This document shows positions 21,955-31,259 of a stretch of DNA of 64,000 bases, one piece after another (positions within the stretch are counted from its first letter, which is position 1; the number at the start of each line of letters is the position of its first letter). The DNA lies in contig JAXSPP010000003.1 of NCBI GenBank assembly GCA_037927135.1, positions 1 through 64,000 on the forward strand. Direction: 5' to 3'. A program made the translations under genes and the position numbers. The notes beneath the pieces are model-generated. The model was not told where the DNA came from and made no database searches. It saw nothing but the letters and a program-made list of their open reading frames with translations. Source of the stretch: Candidatus Pampinifervens sinense. Its GTDB lineage: Bacteria > Aquificota > Aquificia > Aquificales > Aquificaceae.

Positions 21955-22080
21955 ATGAAGGAAGAGGGCTTCTTTCCAAAAGGAGCCGTAGCCTTTTTCC
22001 TGTTTATGATAGCTTTCTACGCTATTGTGTGGCTGTCCATCTATCTTACCATGCTTTCAAGGGGTCAAACCCAGCCATAA
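21955..22080 (+). CDS. ba3-type cytochrome c oxidase subunit IIa (41 aa; not in the ORF track)
   Basis: MKEEGFFPKGAVAFFLFMIAFYAIVWLSIYLTMLSRGQTQP: single TM, PKGA...W...Y...LSRG pattern, SD GGAGGTG, first gene before subunit II. Confidence 0.88.
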   Translation: MKEEGFFPKGAVAFFLFMIAFYAIVWLSIYLTMLSRGQTQP

Positions 22081-22091
22081 GGAGGTGAGCC

Positions 22092-22529
22092 ATGGATAAG
22101 GCAGAAAAGACGGCCATAGTTTTGGCTGTAGGTTTAATGGCCTTCTTTGCCGGGCTTATAGTCTATGCCGCAAAGGCTCTCAACATTGATGTGCCTACTT
22201 GTATTACCGATGTAAAGCCCTTCACAGAAGGCAAAGTCATCCAGCACGCTCCCAACAGGTATGAAATCCACTACCTTGCCAAGATGTGGTACTTTGAACC
22301 CGCAGAGGTGGAAATACCCGCCGGTTCTGTGGTGGACATTTATCTAACAAGTGGCGATGTGATCCATGGCTTTCAGATTGACAACACAAACGTAAACCTT
22401 ATGGCCATTCCGGGAACGGTGGCCTACGCAAGGTATAAGTTTGACAAGCCTGGTGTTTATCACATAGTTTGCCATGAGTACTGCGGCATAGGCCATCAGG
22501 ATATGTCCGCAAAGATAGTAGTTAAATAA
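22092..22529 (+). CDS. cbaB: ba3-type cytochrome c oxidase subunit II (CuA)
   Basis: One TM; DVIHGF and CHEYCGIGHQDM. Confidence 0.92.
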   Translation: MDKAEKTAIVLAVGLMAFFAGLIVYAAKALNIDVPTCITDVKPFTEGKVIQHAPNRYEIHYLAKMWYFEPAEVEIPAGSVVDIYLTSGDVIHGFQIDNTNVNLMAIPGTVAYARYKFDKPGVYHIVCHEYCGIGHQDMSAKIVVK

Positions 22530-22540
22530 GGAGGTGTGCC

Positions 22541-24283
22541 ATGAAGGTGGATAAAACTATAAGAAACATAATAGTGGCAGAGCTGGTCTTTCCCATCTTA
22601 TTGCTTGTCTTTGGTATCTACCATGGCCTTATGCAAGTGCTTTACAGGGCTGGTGTGATAAAAGATATGTCTGTGGCAGGCATTGAATACTATCAGGGCC
22701 TTACCCTGCACGGTGTTATCAACGCCATAGTCTTTACAACCATAATCATAGTGGCCCTTGGAAATATTGTCTTTCTTTACTACCTTAAAAAGCCTTTGAG
22801 GCCTGCTGTCCAATGGCTCTCCCTTATCCTTATGTTTGGTGGCACCCTTATGGCAGCCTGGGCCATGTTTACGGGCAAGGCAAACGTGCTTTATACCTTC
22901 TACCCTCCCCTTATTGCCCACTGGACCTTCTACCTTGGCGCAGCCCTTTTGATAGTAGGTTCCATAGTCCCCCTCTTCTTTGACTGGCTTCCCAACTATA
23001 TAGCATGGAAGAGGGAAAACCCCGGACAGAAGGTGCCCCTTGCGGTCTATGGTATGCTCGTAAACCACATTATGTGGGTCATAATGGTAGTGCCCGTTTT
23101 TATAGAGGTGCTTTTCCAACTTCTGCCTTTGTCTTTGGGCCTTGTGCAAGAGATTAACCCATCCTTGGCAAGGACCCTCTTCTGGGCCTTTGGACACCCG
23201 GTAGTCTACTTCTGGCTTTTGCCAGCCTATGTAATGCTCTACACCGTGCTTCCCAAAATAGTGACCGGTGAAGGAAAGCTATACTCCGATGGTGCAGCAA
23301 GGCTTGTCTTTATACTCTTTTTAATCCTGTCCTTCCCAGTGGGGCTTCACCATCAGTTTACAGAACCCGGTATAACCGACAACTACAAGCTCATACATGC
23401 TCTCTTTACCTTGGGTGTGGCGGTGCCAAGTATGATAACGGCCTTTACCGTGGCAGCATCCCTTGAGTATTCTATAAAGGCCAAGTATCCAGAAGTTAAA
23501 GACTCCCTTTTCTATTGGTGGACCAAGATACCTTATATAAGCCTTGAGGGCAACAAGTGGCTCGTCTCCTACTTTATGGCTGGCCTTTTCCTGTTCTTCG
23601 TGGGTGGTATAACGGGTATAGTCAACGCTTCCTATAACATGAACCAAGTGGTTCACAACACCTCCTTTGTGCCCGGACACTTCCACACCACCGTTGGTGG
23701 CCTTGTAACCCTTGTATTCCTTGGTATGTCCCTTTACTTCCTCTCTCAGCTCACTGGAAAGGAGATCAGGTTCAAAGGCTTGGCTGTATTGGCTCCATGG
23801 CTTTGGTGGCAAGGTATGCTTATATTTGAATATGCCATGTCTGTAGCAGGCCTTCACGGTTTCCCAAGGAGGACAAACACGGGCATATCTTACCTAAACC
23901 CCGAATCTCCACTCTACAGGCCCGAGTGGGTAGGCTACGCAGAGCTTTCCGTCTTTGCCGGCGTGCTTATAGTGGTTGGCTTTGTATTCTATGCCCTCTC
24001 CTTCTTTGGAACTCTCTTGTCCCCAGCCACCAAGGAGGCAGACCTTGAGATACCCACCGCTGAAGCCTACCACGATGAGAAGATGCCAGCCCTCCAAAAG
24101 CTTACACCTTGGGTGGTCTTTAGCTCACTCCTATTCCTCATATCCTACATACCACCCCTTTACGACGTGGCCAAGAGGGGTGTATTCTTTGACTCTCCAG
24201 GATATAACGATAAGAGTCCAATTCCTATAACAAAGCCTCAGTCTGCAAAAGAAGACAAGAATGAGAAGGCAGAGCTCAGATAA
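22541..24283 (+). CDS. cbaA: ba3-type (B-family) heme-copper oxidase subunit I
   Basis: YYQGLTLHG, FWAFGHPVVYFW, GLHHQF, VPGHFH, FPRR. Confidence 0.95.
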   Translation: MKVDKTIRNIIVAELVFPILLLVFGIYHGLMQVLYRAGVIKDMSVAGIEYYQGLTLHGVINAIVFTTIIIVALGNIVFLYYLKKPLRPAVQWLSLILMFGGTLMAAWAMFTGKANVLYTFYPPLIAHWTFYLGAALLIVGSIVPLFFDWLPNYIAWKRENPGQKVPLAVYGMLVNHIMWVIMVVPVFIEVLFQLLPLSLGLVQEINPSLARTLFWAFGHPVVYFWLLPAYVMLYTVLPKIVTGEGKLYSDGAARLVFILFLILSFPVGLHHQFTEPGITDNYKLIHALFTLGVAVPSMITAFTVAASLEYSIKAKYPEVKDSLFYWWTKIPYISLEGNKWLVSYFMAGLFLFFVGGITGIVNASYNMNQVVHNTSFVPGHFHTTVGGLVTLVFLGMSLYFLSQLTGKEIRFKGLAVLAPWLWWQGMLIFEYAMSVAGLHGFPRRTNTGISYLNPESPLYRPEWVGYAELSVFAGVLIVVGFVFYALSFFGTLLSPATKEADLEIPTAEAYHDEKMPALQKLTPWVVFSSLLFLISYIPPLYDVAKRGVFFDSPGYNDKSPIPITKPQSAKEDKNEKAELR

Positions 24284-25013
24284 GGGTTCCGTCGTGCGCC
24301 ATCTTTTGGGAGGGCTTTTAGCCCTCCTCTTTTTTTTATCAGCAACCCTTGCCCAAGAAGGCTCCACTGGCATACCCCCTAACGAGGGAAAAACCTTAGG
24401 GAAACCCTTACCCAATGTGAGGCTTATAAACTCCTATGGAGAGGAGTTTGACCTGTATAGCTTGAAGGGAAAGCCTATAATTTTAAGTCCAATCTATACC
24501 AACTGCTCTTCCGCTTGCCCTATAATTACCGATTCTTTAAAAAAGGCCCTTCCCGGAAGGCCCGGTGAAGACTTTTGGGTGATATCCCTCACTTTTGACC
24601 CAATGGATGGCCTTAAAAACATAAAGGAATTTCAAGAAAAGCATGGCTTAGATGGTAGGGGATGGCTTGTGGCCATGGTAAAAAACAAGGAGGACCTGTT
24701 TAGGCTTTTGGATGCCATAGATTTTAGGTTTATGTCCATACCGGAAAGTAAAGACTTTGTCCATCCAAACCTATTGATCTTCATCTCCCCGGACATGAAG
24801 ATTAAAAAGTATGTGTATGGTGTGGTTTTTGATAAAAAGGAGTTGGGAAAGGCCTTAGATTACGCAAAGGGTAAGTATGACTGGATGGATAAAGCGGGAA
24901 GATATCTGTTCTTTATAGCACTCCTGGGCTTTGCCTTAAGCACCCTTTATACGGTCATTGTGATAGCAAAGTATTTGCAAAGAAGGGAGGAGATTAGGAA
25001 AGTTCAGCCCTAG
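24261..25013 (+). CDS. SCO1/SenC copper chaperone
   Basis: YTNCSSACP (CxxxC), FDP..D, FVHP; C-terminal TM; start may be slightly downstream. Confidence 0.88.
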   Translation: MRRQSSDKGSVVRHLLGGLLALLFFLSATLAQEGSTGIPPNEGKTLGKPLPNVRLINSYGEEFDLYSLKGKPIILSPIYTNCSSACPIITDSLKKALPGRPGEDFWVISLTFDPMDGLKNIKEFQEKHGLDGRGWLVAMVKNKEDLFRLLDAIDFRFMSIPESKDFVHPNLLIFISPDMKIKKYVYGVVFDKKELGKALDYAKGKYDWMDKAGRYLFFIALLGFALSTLYTVIVIAKYLQRREEIRKVQP

Positions 25014-26124
25014 TTTTCTCCACTATCTCCCTTATCTCACTCCTTATCTCTCCTTCCCTCGGCCTGTCCAAAAGGCCCTCCAGCATATAGCTCCTGTCCT
25101 CTTCTTCTAGCTCCTCAAAGTCCACAGAAGAGAACACTTCCCTTGCCAAAGGAGTAAGACCCTTTGGAATATCCCTGTTGGACATCCTGCACCATATGAG
25201 GGACCAAGCCCTTGCCAAGGCTATGGGATGATAGCCCCCACCACCAAGGTAGATGCCCTCTCCTAAAACCTCTCTCACAAGGTCAAAGGCCTTCAAAAAG
25301 CCCCAGTTGGAGAGTTCAAACTTGGAAAGATAATCCTCTTTAAGTGTGTCTGTGCCAAGCTGTAATACATAGACTTCTGGCTTGTATGCTTGCGCTATAA
25401 GAGGGAGAAGGCTTTCTAAAACAAAAAGGAACTCACTGTCATTTATTCCCTTTGGTAAGGGTATGTTTAGGTTGTAGCCCTTCCCCTTTCCTTCTCCCCT
25501 CTCCTCCCAAAAGCCCCTTTTGAAGGGAAAAGCATAGGTAGGAGATTGGTGTATAGAAAAGACAAATACCCTGTCCTCCTGGTAGAAAAAGTCTTGAACG
25601 CCGTCGCAGTGATGGGCATCAAGGTCTATGTAAAGGACCCTTTTAAAGCCCTTCTCCAACAGGTATTGCAAAACTATTCCTGGGTCGTTTATAAAACAAA
25701 AGCCGTTTGCCCTGTCTTTATAAGCGTGGTGCATGCCACCTGCCGGATTGAAGGCTATATGACCCTCTAAGAAGAGTTCTAGCGCTTGCACGGAAGAGCC
25801 TGTGGCAAGAAGGGATCCTTTCCACATGGCAGGAGATACAGGGTTTTCATAATTGCCTATGTTAAACCTTTCTCTGTATTCTTTTTTTACACACATGCAT
25901 CTGTCGCACTCTTCCAAAGCTCTCAAATACTCTTCCTCATGGAATAGCCTTAACTCTTCCCACCTTGCCTCCCTGCTTTCCACAAGCTCTTCCTCTTCTA
26001 TAAGCTCCATAGCTTTTAGCAGTTCAATAAGCAAAGAAACCCTTGGTATTCTAAGTGGATGGTTGTTGGTATATCTTAACCTCTTGTATGCCAGACTACC
26101 CACTAATCTCGCCTTCTTTTGCAT
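24994..26124 (-). CDS. acuC: Zn-dependent deacetylase, AcuC / HDLP family
   Basis: HPLRIPR, NPAGGMHHA, GFC, DLDAHHCDGVQ, LGGGGY; resembles Aquifex HDLP as I recall it. Confidence 0.92.
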   Translation of the reverse strand: MQKKARLVGSLAYKRLRYTNNHPLRIPRVSLLIELLKAMELIEEEELVESREARWEELRLFHEEEYLRALEECDRCMCVKKEYRERFNIGNYENPVSPAMWKGSLLATGSSVQALELFLEGHIAFNPAGGMHHAYKDRANGFCFINDPGIVLQYLLEKGFKRVLYIDLDAHHCDGVQDFFYQEDRVFVFSIHQSPTYAFPFKRGFWEERGEGKGKGYNLNIPLPKGINDSEFLFVLESLLPLIAQAYKPEVYVLQLGTDTLKEDYLSKFELSNWGFLKAFDLVREVLGEGIYLGGGGYHPIALARAWSLIWCRMSNRDIPKGLTPLAREVFSSVDFEELEEEDRSYMLEGLLDRPREGEIRSEIREIVEKTRAELS

Positions 26125-27388
26125 ACTCCTTTACCAGCCTGTGTATTTCTCTGTAGTTTATATCTCCTGCAAGGGTGTAGCTCTTTCCTCCATAGTTAAA
26201 CTTTTTGGACACGGTAATGCAAAAATCGTCTGTTGCCTGAGATATGTATATGTTGGAGATGTAAACATCCTCGTAGGTAGCCTTTTTAAAGTAATCCTTC
26301 TCCGATCTGTCCGCACCCTTCCTGCCCGTCTTTATGGGATAGTTTATCCTTGGGTTTACCACGTTGTTGGAGATCTGGAGTCCGCTTTCTCCCATTATAT
26401 AGAAAAGCTCAAAATAAGGATATTCTTTAAAGAGGTCATAAAGGATGAACTCCCAAAGGTCCCTGTCTGACCTTTTTAAGATTTCAACTATCCTTTCAAA
26501 ATCTTGCTTTATCTTCATCTTTATCCGATGTATAAACTCCTTCCTTTTGTATTCACAAAGGACTACTGAAGGCTTTTCATCGTGGAAAATGAAAAAGGAG
26601 GCATCGTGCACTCCTTCCATCCTCTTTTTAAGATCCGAACTGATCCTAAAGAGATCTTCAAAGCTTTCCATATACCTTATCGGTATACAATAGCCATGGA
26701 TGTAAATAGGGCTTGCTTCTGCATAGAGGAGTGTAAACTCTTTATGAAACTCTTCATACAAGGATCTTATCTCCTCTTCCTTAACCCTTACTTTTGAAAG
26801 CACATATATCTCCTTTTCTTCCAAAGAAAGGCTAATATCGCCCGGTATGCTATTTTTTATTGCTTCATAAAGAATCTTTTGTAGACTTTCTCCTGCAGAA
26901 GTTCCGTAGCTTTCTATAAAGCCCTTAAGTGCCTTTATATAAAAGCAGTAAAAGTAGTAGTCTTGACCGAAAAGGGATCTTATCTTCTGAAACAAAGGAA
27001 CTGCCGCTTCCTTAAATAGGCTTATGTGATGGAGTACCACTTGGTAGAATAAGACACCCATATAGGAACCTTTCTTATCTATGAGTAAAAGAGGGGATTT
27101 TGAAAAGTTGAAAAAGTCTAAAAGGTATACAAGCTCATCGGACTTTATCACCGTATTCCTTAACTTCATAATGGGATGCGCAAGATCTCCCACTGTTAAG
27201 TTTTGCCTTTGTTGTGCGTTTATAAGATCAAACTTATAGACAATACCTATAGGCTTTCCATCTTTTACAACCACTAAGAAATCGTATATTCCGTATTCTT
27301 CAAAAGTTCTAAGGGCCTCCTTTATTCCAAGGGAAGTATCTATGATAGGCACACCCGTTGCCAAGCTAGAAAGCTCTATTTCCCTCAT
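26096..27388 (-). CDS. Protein with a CBS pair, a degenerate GGDEF-like domain and a cytoplasmic PDC/Cache-like domain
   Basis: VVKDGKPIGIV (CBS); YGTSAGESL (GGDEF-like helix); GADRSEKDYF...YISNIYIS..T...CITVS (Cache-like); no TM. Confidence 0.7.
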   Translation of the reverse strand: MREIELSSLATGVPIIDTSLGIKEALRTFEEYGIYDFLVVVKDGKPIGIVYKFDLINAQQRQNLTVGDLAHPIMKLRNTVIKSDELVYLLDFFNFSKSPLLLIDKKGSYMGVLFYQVVLHHISLFKEAAVPLFQKIRSLFGQDYYFYCFYIKALKGFIESYGTSAGESLQKILYEAIKNSIPGDISLSLEEKEIYVLSKVRVKEEEIRSLYEEFHKEFTLLYAEASPIYIHGYCIPIRYMESFEDLFRISSDLKKRMEGVHDASFFIFHDEKPSVVLCEYKRKEFIHRIKMKIKQDFERIVEILKRSDRDLWEFILYDLFKEYPYFELFYIMGESGLQISNNVVNPRINYPIKTGRKGADRSEKDYFKKATYEDVYISNIYISQATDDFCITVSKKFNYGGKSYTLAGDINYREIHRLVKEYAKEGEISG

Positions 27389-28890
27389 ATGTGTGGGCCA
27401 GAAAGGTATCTTCTCCTGCTCTCTATGGCCAAAAAGGCAAGAAGCACTAGCGTGGCTATTATGAAGAGCCTGGCTATCACTACGTATGGTTCTGTGTTAG
27501 ATAGCACCTGCGGTGCTTTTACCACACCCCATTGGTATAGTAGGCCTACTAGGAAGATGGGTGAGACTATGGCAAAGAAATAAACTATGGGCTTTGGTAT
27601 TTTTATAAATACGTCTCTTGTGAGCTCATGATGAAACTTGTGAACGCCAAATACCCACACAAATACTATTATCTCCAAAAGGGCAAAGAAGACAAGCATA
27701 AAGGTTCCAGCCCAAAAGTCTAGCTCGTCTATAAAACCTGGCAAAAAGGCAGACAGAAAAGCACCTGCAGAGACCATAACCATAGAAACATTTACTGCCT
27801 TTGTATGGGACCATCTCATCTCATCTTCAAAAAGGGATATTAGAGGTTGAATGAGGGCCAAGGAGGAGGTAAGAGCTGCAATAAAAAGCAAAAAGAACCA
27901 TACGGCCGAAAGAATACTACCCGAAGGCAAGGCCATAAGCACGGCTGGCATGGACATAAAGCCAAGCCTAAAGGTGCCTTCTTTGGCAAGCTCTGGAACG
28001 GCCGTTGCTCCAAACATGGCAAAGGCGGCCGGTATGGCAATGGAGGCACCGATCACCACCTCCACAAACTCATTGAGCCCTGCCGTCCAAAGCCCAGCCT
28101 TTAAAACATCTTCTTTAGACTTTACATAGCTGGCATAAGTTGCTATAGCACCCATGCCAAGGGAAAGTGTAAAGAATATCTGACCGGAGGCCTCAAGCCA
28201 TACATGAGGGTCCCATATCTTGCTAAAGTCGGGTGTATAGATGTATAAGAGCCCTTCAAGACCCTTACCACCCCTGATGGAAAGGGAAACTATGGCGAGG
28301 AAAATTCCCATCACAAGTAAGGCTGGTATGCCAAACTTTGCGGTAAGCTCTATGCCCTTTACCACACCCCTTTGAAGGATATACCAGTTTATGGCAAGGG
28401 TGATGACTAAAAAGAGTATGGCTAAATTGGAAGGCTTTGTGTATGCCTTGAAAAACTCCACGTAGGGCGCCATGGCCGTCTTGGTATCTGGGCTTATAAC
28501 CGGCTCTGGCATCTGGCCAAGGAGGGAAAGGACTGCAAAGCCCAGCGTCCAAGACTCAATGTATATGTAATAGCACACTATAAGGAAGGGGATAGCAACG
28601 CCTAGGGAGCCAAGGACCCTTGCCCAATTGGCATGGTGAAAGAGTGATCCCATAATGCCCGTCATTGAACCATGACCTTTAGAGCCTGCATACCTACCTA
28701 TTACCCACTCAAGGATCATAAGGGGAAGGCCCAAAAGGAAAAGGGAAACAAAGTAAGGGATCATAAAGGCACCACCACCATAGAGGGCCACTTTGGAAGG
28801 GAACCTCAAAAGGTTTCCCAAGCCTATGGCATTGCCAGCGGCGGCAAAGATGAGGCCTATCTTTGAGGCCCAAGTCTCCCTTTTCTTCAT
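27385..28890 (-). CDS. Sodium-dependent NSS/SNF amino-acid transporter (LeuT homolog)
   Basis: RETW, GNAIGLGNLLRFP, GGGAFMIPY, GQIFFTLSLG, ELDFWAGT. Confidence 0.93.
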   Translation of the reverse strand: MKKRETWASKIGLIFAAAGNAIGLGNLLRFPSKVALYGGGAFMIPYFVSLFLLGLPLMILEWVIGRYAGSKGHGSMTGIMGSLFHHANWARVLGSLGVAIPFLIVCYYIYIESWTLGFAVLSLLGQMPEPVISPDTKTAMAPYVEFFKAYTKPSNLAILFLVITLAINWYILQRGVVKGIELTAKFGIPALLVMGIFLAIVSLSIRGGKGLEGLLYIYTPDFSKIWDPHVWLEASGQIFFTLSLGMGAIATYASYVKSKEDVLKAGLWTAGLNEFVEVVIGASIAIPAAFAMFGATAVPELAKEGTFRLGFMSMPAVLMALPSGSILSAVWFFLLFIAALTSSLALIQPLISLFEDEMRWSHTKAVNVSMVMVSAGAFLSAFLPGFIDELDFWAGTFMLVFFALLEIIVFVWVFGVHKFHHELTRDVFIKIPKPIVYFFAIVSPIFLVGLLYQWGVVKAPQVLSNTEPYVVIARLFIIATLVLLAFLAIESRRRYLSGPHI

Positions 28891-30050
28891 AGCTTTAGCC
28901 CTTTAATCCTCTCAACAGCTTCCAAAAGCCTCTCCGTTGGCACCGTTAAAGATATTCTAAAGTATCCTTCTCCATACTGTCCAAAGCCGTTGCCCGGCGT
29001 GCATACAATACCACACTTATCCAAAAGTAAAGATACAAACTCTGCGGAAGTGTAGCCCTTTGGCACCTTTACCCAAAGGTAGAAAGTGGCGTCAGATTTA
29101 TAGACCTCAAGCCCCACATCCTCAAGGGCTTCAATCATAACCTTCCTTCTCTCTCTGTATATGTCCCTTATCTTTTGAACTTCTTCTTCGGGTAGGCTTA
29201 GCGCCGTAATGCCCGCCTCTTGTATGGCCTGAAACTGTCCTGAGTCCACGTTTGTCTTTACCTTCCCAAGGCCTGCTATTAGGTCCTTGTTGCCCACGGC
29301 CATTCCAAGGCGCCAGCCCGTCATATTAAAGGTCTTTGAAAGGGAATGAAACTCTATGGCCACCTCCTTTGCTCCTTCTATCTGAAGGATGGACATGGGC
29401 CTTTTGTTGCCAAAGTATATCTCCGAATAGGCAAGGTCTGAGGCAACTATTATGTTGTTTTCCCTTGCCCAGTCAATAAGCTCTTTGTAAAAGCTTTCCT
29501 CTGCCACCGCAGAGGTGGGGTTATTGGGATAATTTACCCATATGATCTTTGCCCTCTTTAAAACATCCTTTGGAACGCTTTTAAAGTCTGGAAGAAAGCC
29601 ATTCTCCTCCTTGAGAGGCAATATATAGGGCTCGCCTCCGGCAAAGAGGGTTCCTATCTTATAGACTGGGTAGGCTGGGTCTGGGCAAAGGACCACATCA
29701 CCGGGGTTTACAAAGGCAAGGGGGAAATGGGCTATGCCTTCCTTGGAGCCTATAAGGGCTATTACCTCCGTGTTTGGGTCCAAATCTACACCAAAGCGCC
29801 TTTTATACCAGTTTGCCACCGCCTGTCTAAAGGAAAGCATGCCCTCATAGGAGGGGTATCTGTGATGTTCTGGCTTTTCCACAGCCCTTTTCATGGCCTC
29901 CACTATGGGCTGTGGCGTGGGTATGTCTGGGTCTCCTACACCAAGGTCAATTATATCCACTCCTTGCTGTAGCTTCTCCCTCTTTTTCTGATCAATCTGG
30001 GCAAAGAGATAGGGTGGAAGGGTCTTTATCCTCTGGGCATACTCAAACAT
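28887..30050 (-). CDS. dapL: Class I PLP aminotransferase, probably LL-diaminopimelate aminotransferase
   Basis: LPPYLFA, DLGVGDPD, NYPNNPT, SLSKTFNMTGWR, KTNVDSG. Confidence 0.75.
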   Translation of the reverse strand: MFEYAQRIKTLPPYLFAQIDQKKREKLQQGVDIIDLGVGDPDIPTPQPIVEAMKRAVEKPEHHRYPSYEGMLSFRQAVANWYKRRFGVDLDPNTEVIALIGSKEGIAHFPLAFVNPGDVVLCPDPAYPVYKIGTLFAGGEPYILPLKEENGFLPDFKSVPKDVLKRAKIIWVNYPNNPTSAVAEESFYKELIDWARENNIIVASDLAYSEIYFGNKRPMSILQIEGAKEVAIEFHSLSKTFNMTGWRLGMAVGNKDLIAGLGKVKTNVDSGQFQAIQEAGITALSLPEEEVQKIRDIYRERRKVMIEALEDVGLEVYKSDATFYLWVKVPKGYTSAEFVSLLLDKCGIVCTPGNGFGQYGEGYFRISLTVPTERLLEAVERIKGLKL

Positions 30051-30092
30051 CCACGCACCTCCTGTTAATAAGACTTTTATTATAAACAGCTT

Positions 30093-31259
30093 TTAGGCCA
30101 AAAGCTCTTTCGGAATGGGTCCAAGCCTTTTTAATTTTTTCTCTATGATATCCTTTGAATACTTTTCAAGGTAATAAACTATGGTTTCCACCCTTATCTT
30201 TATACTTCCTGCTGGCTTTGTCTCATCCAGTTCTCCAAACTTAAAGTATAAAGTGCCGGAACTTTCCACTATCCTTTGGACAGGTGTAAAGGTGGGCTGG
30301 TCCATACCACACTCATAACTGGAGAGCCTTATAACACCAGTTATCCAAGGAAGCCTTGCGGCGAACTTGGCACCCCATATGATCTCGTTGGTGTTGGAGC
30401 TGTAAGATGAGGTCCAAACGTCCGAGATGTCAAGGGGGCTTTTTATTATGCCAGCCTTCACTTCCTCTCCAAAGAGCCAGTCCAAAAGCCAATCATCTAA
30501 GGGAAGGTAGTTGTACCAGAGGACAGGATAGCCATAAGGCTGGAACTCTGCGTCTATCTCATGGCCTATGCCTGGGTCCATGTGGTATGGCCTGGCAAGC
30601 ACAAGCAAGGCTGGCCTTTGATTCTTGGCACACCACTTTATTATCTCAAGGCTCTTTTCCCTCATCCTTTTCTCAAAATCCCAAAGGGCCCTAAAGCCTT
30701 CTTCCACAGCCTTTGCAGTCTCCTCAAGGGTTAGGCCCGGTATAACCTCTTTTAAAGACTCCCAAAGGTATTTGGGCAAAAGCTCTGGCTCTCCAAAGGG
30801 TACAAAGGGAGTAACAAGGCTTATACCCCTTTGGGAAAACTCATCCCTTTCCCTCAAAAAGCCCGCCTTTATGTTTTCCACGCTCATCATAACCCTTGTG
30901 CAAGAAAGTGTATCCACTACATGACCTCTCAAAAAGGAAGGTAAGGAATAGATCATGGGCACAAAGAGAAGGTTTATGTCTTTATGTAGAAGCTCTCCCA
31001 TGTGTCCTGCAAGGGCTTTCACTGGGTAGCAGGAATCCATCGTTATCCTACCTTTTCCGTAGGTTCTGTATTGCTCTTCCGAGGTGTCTGAGCTGAAGAT
31101 TATCTTACCCACACCAAGGGCTTTAAAGAAGCCCACCCAAAACTGGTGGGTCCCCCAGATGTTCAAAAACTTAGGGATACCCACCCTAATGGACCTTCTG
31201 TCTTGCTGGAACCCTAAAGGCCTCCTTTTTAACAAGATCAGCGATGTTAGGAAACTCAT
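30093..31259 (-). CDS. DUF2229-like acyl-CoA dehydratase/reductase module (PlsA C-terminal-like); start uncertain (GTG 31184, or frameshift fusion)
   Basis: RVGIPK.LN, SCYPVK...GH, LARPYHMDPGIGH, SYECGMD. Confidence 0.8.
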   Translation of the reverse strand: MSFLTSLILLKRRPLGFQQDRRSIRVGIPKFLNIWGTHQFWVGFFKALGVGKIIFSSDTSEEQYRTYGKGRITMDSCYPVKALAGHMGELLHKDINLLFVPMIYSLPSFLRGHVVDTLSCTRVMMSVENIKAGFLRERDEFSQRGISLVTPFVPFGEPELLPKYLWESLKEVIPGLTLEETAKAVEEGFRALWDFEKRMREKSLEIIKWCAKNQRPALLVLARPYHMDPGIGHEIDAEFQPYGYPVLWYNYLPLDDWLLDWLFGEEVKAGIIKSPLDISDVWTSSYSSNTNEIIWGAKFAARLPWITGVIRLSSYECGMDQPTFTPVQRIVESSGTLYFKFGELDETKPAGSIKIRVETIVYYLEKYSKDIIEKKLKRLGPIPKELLA

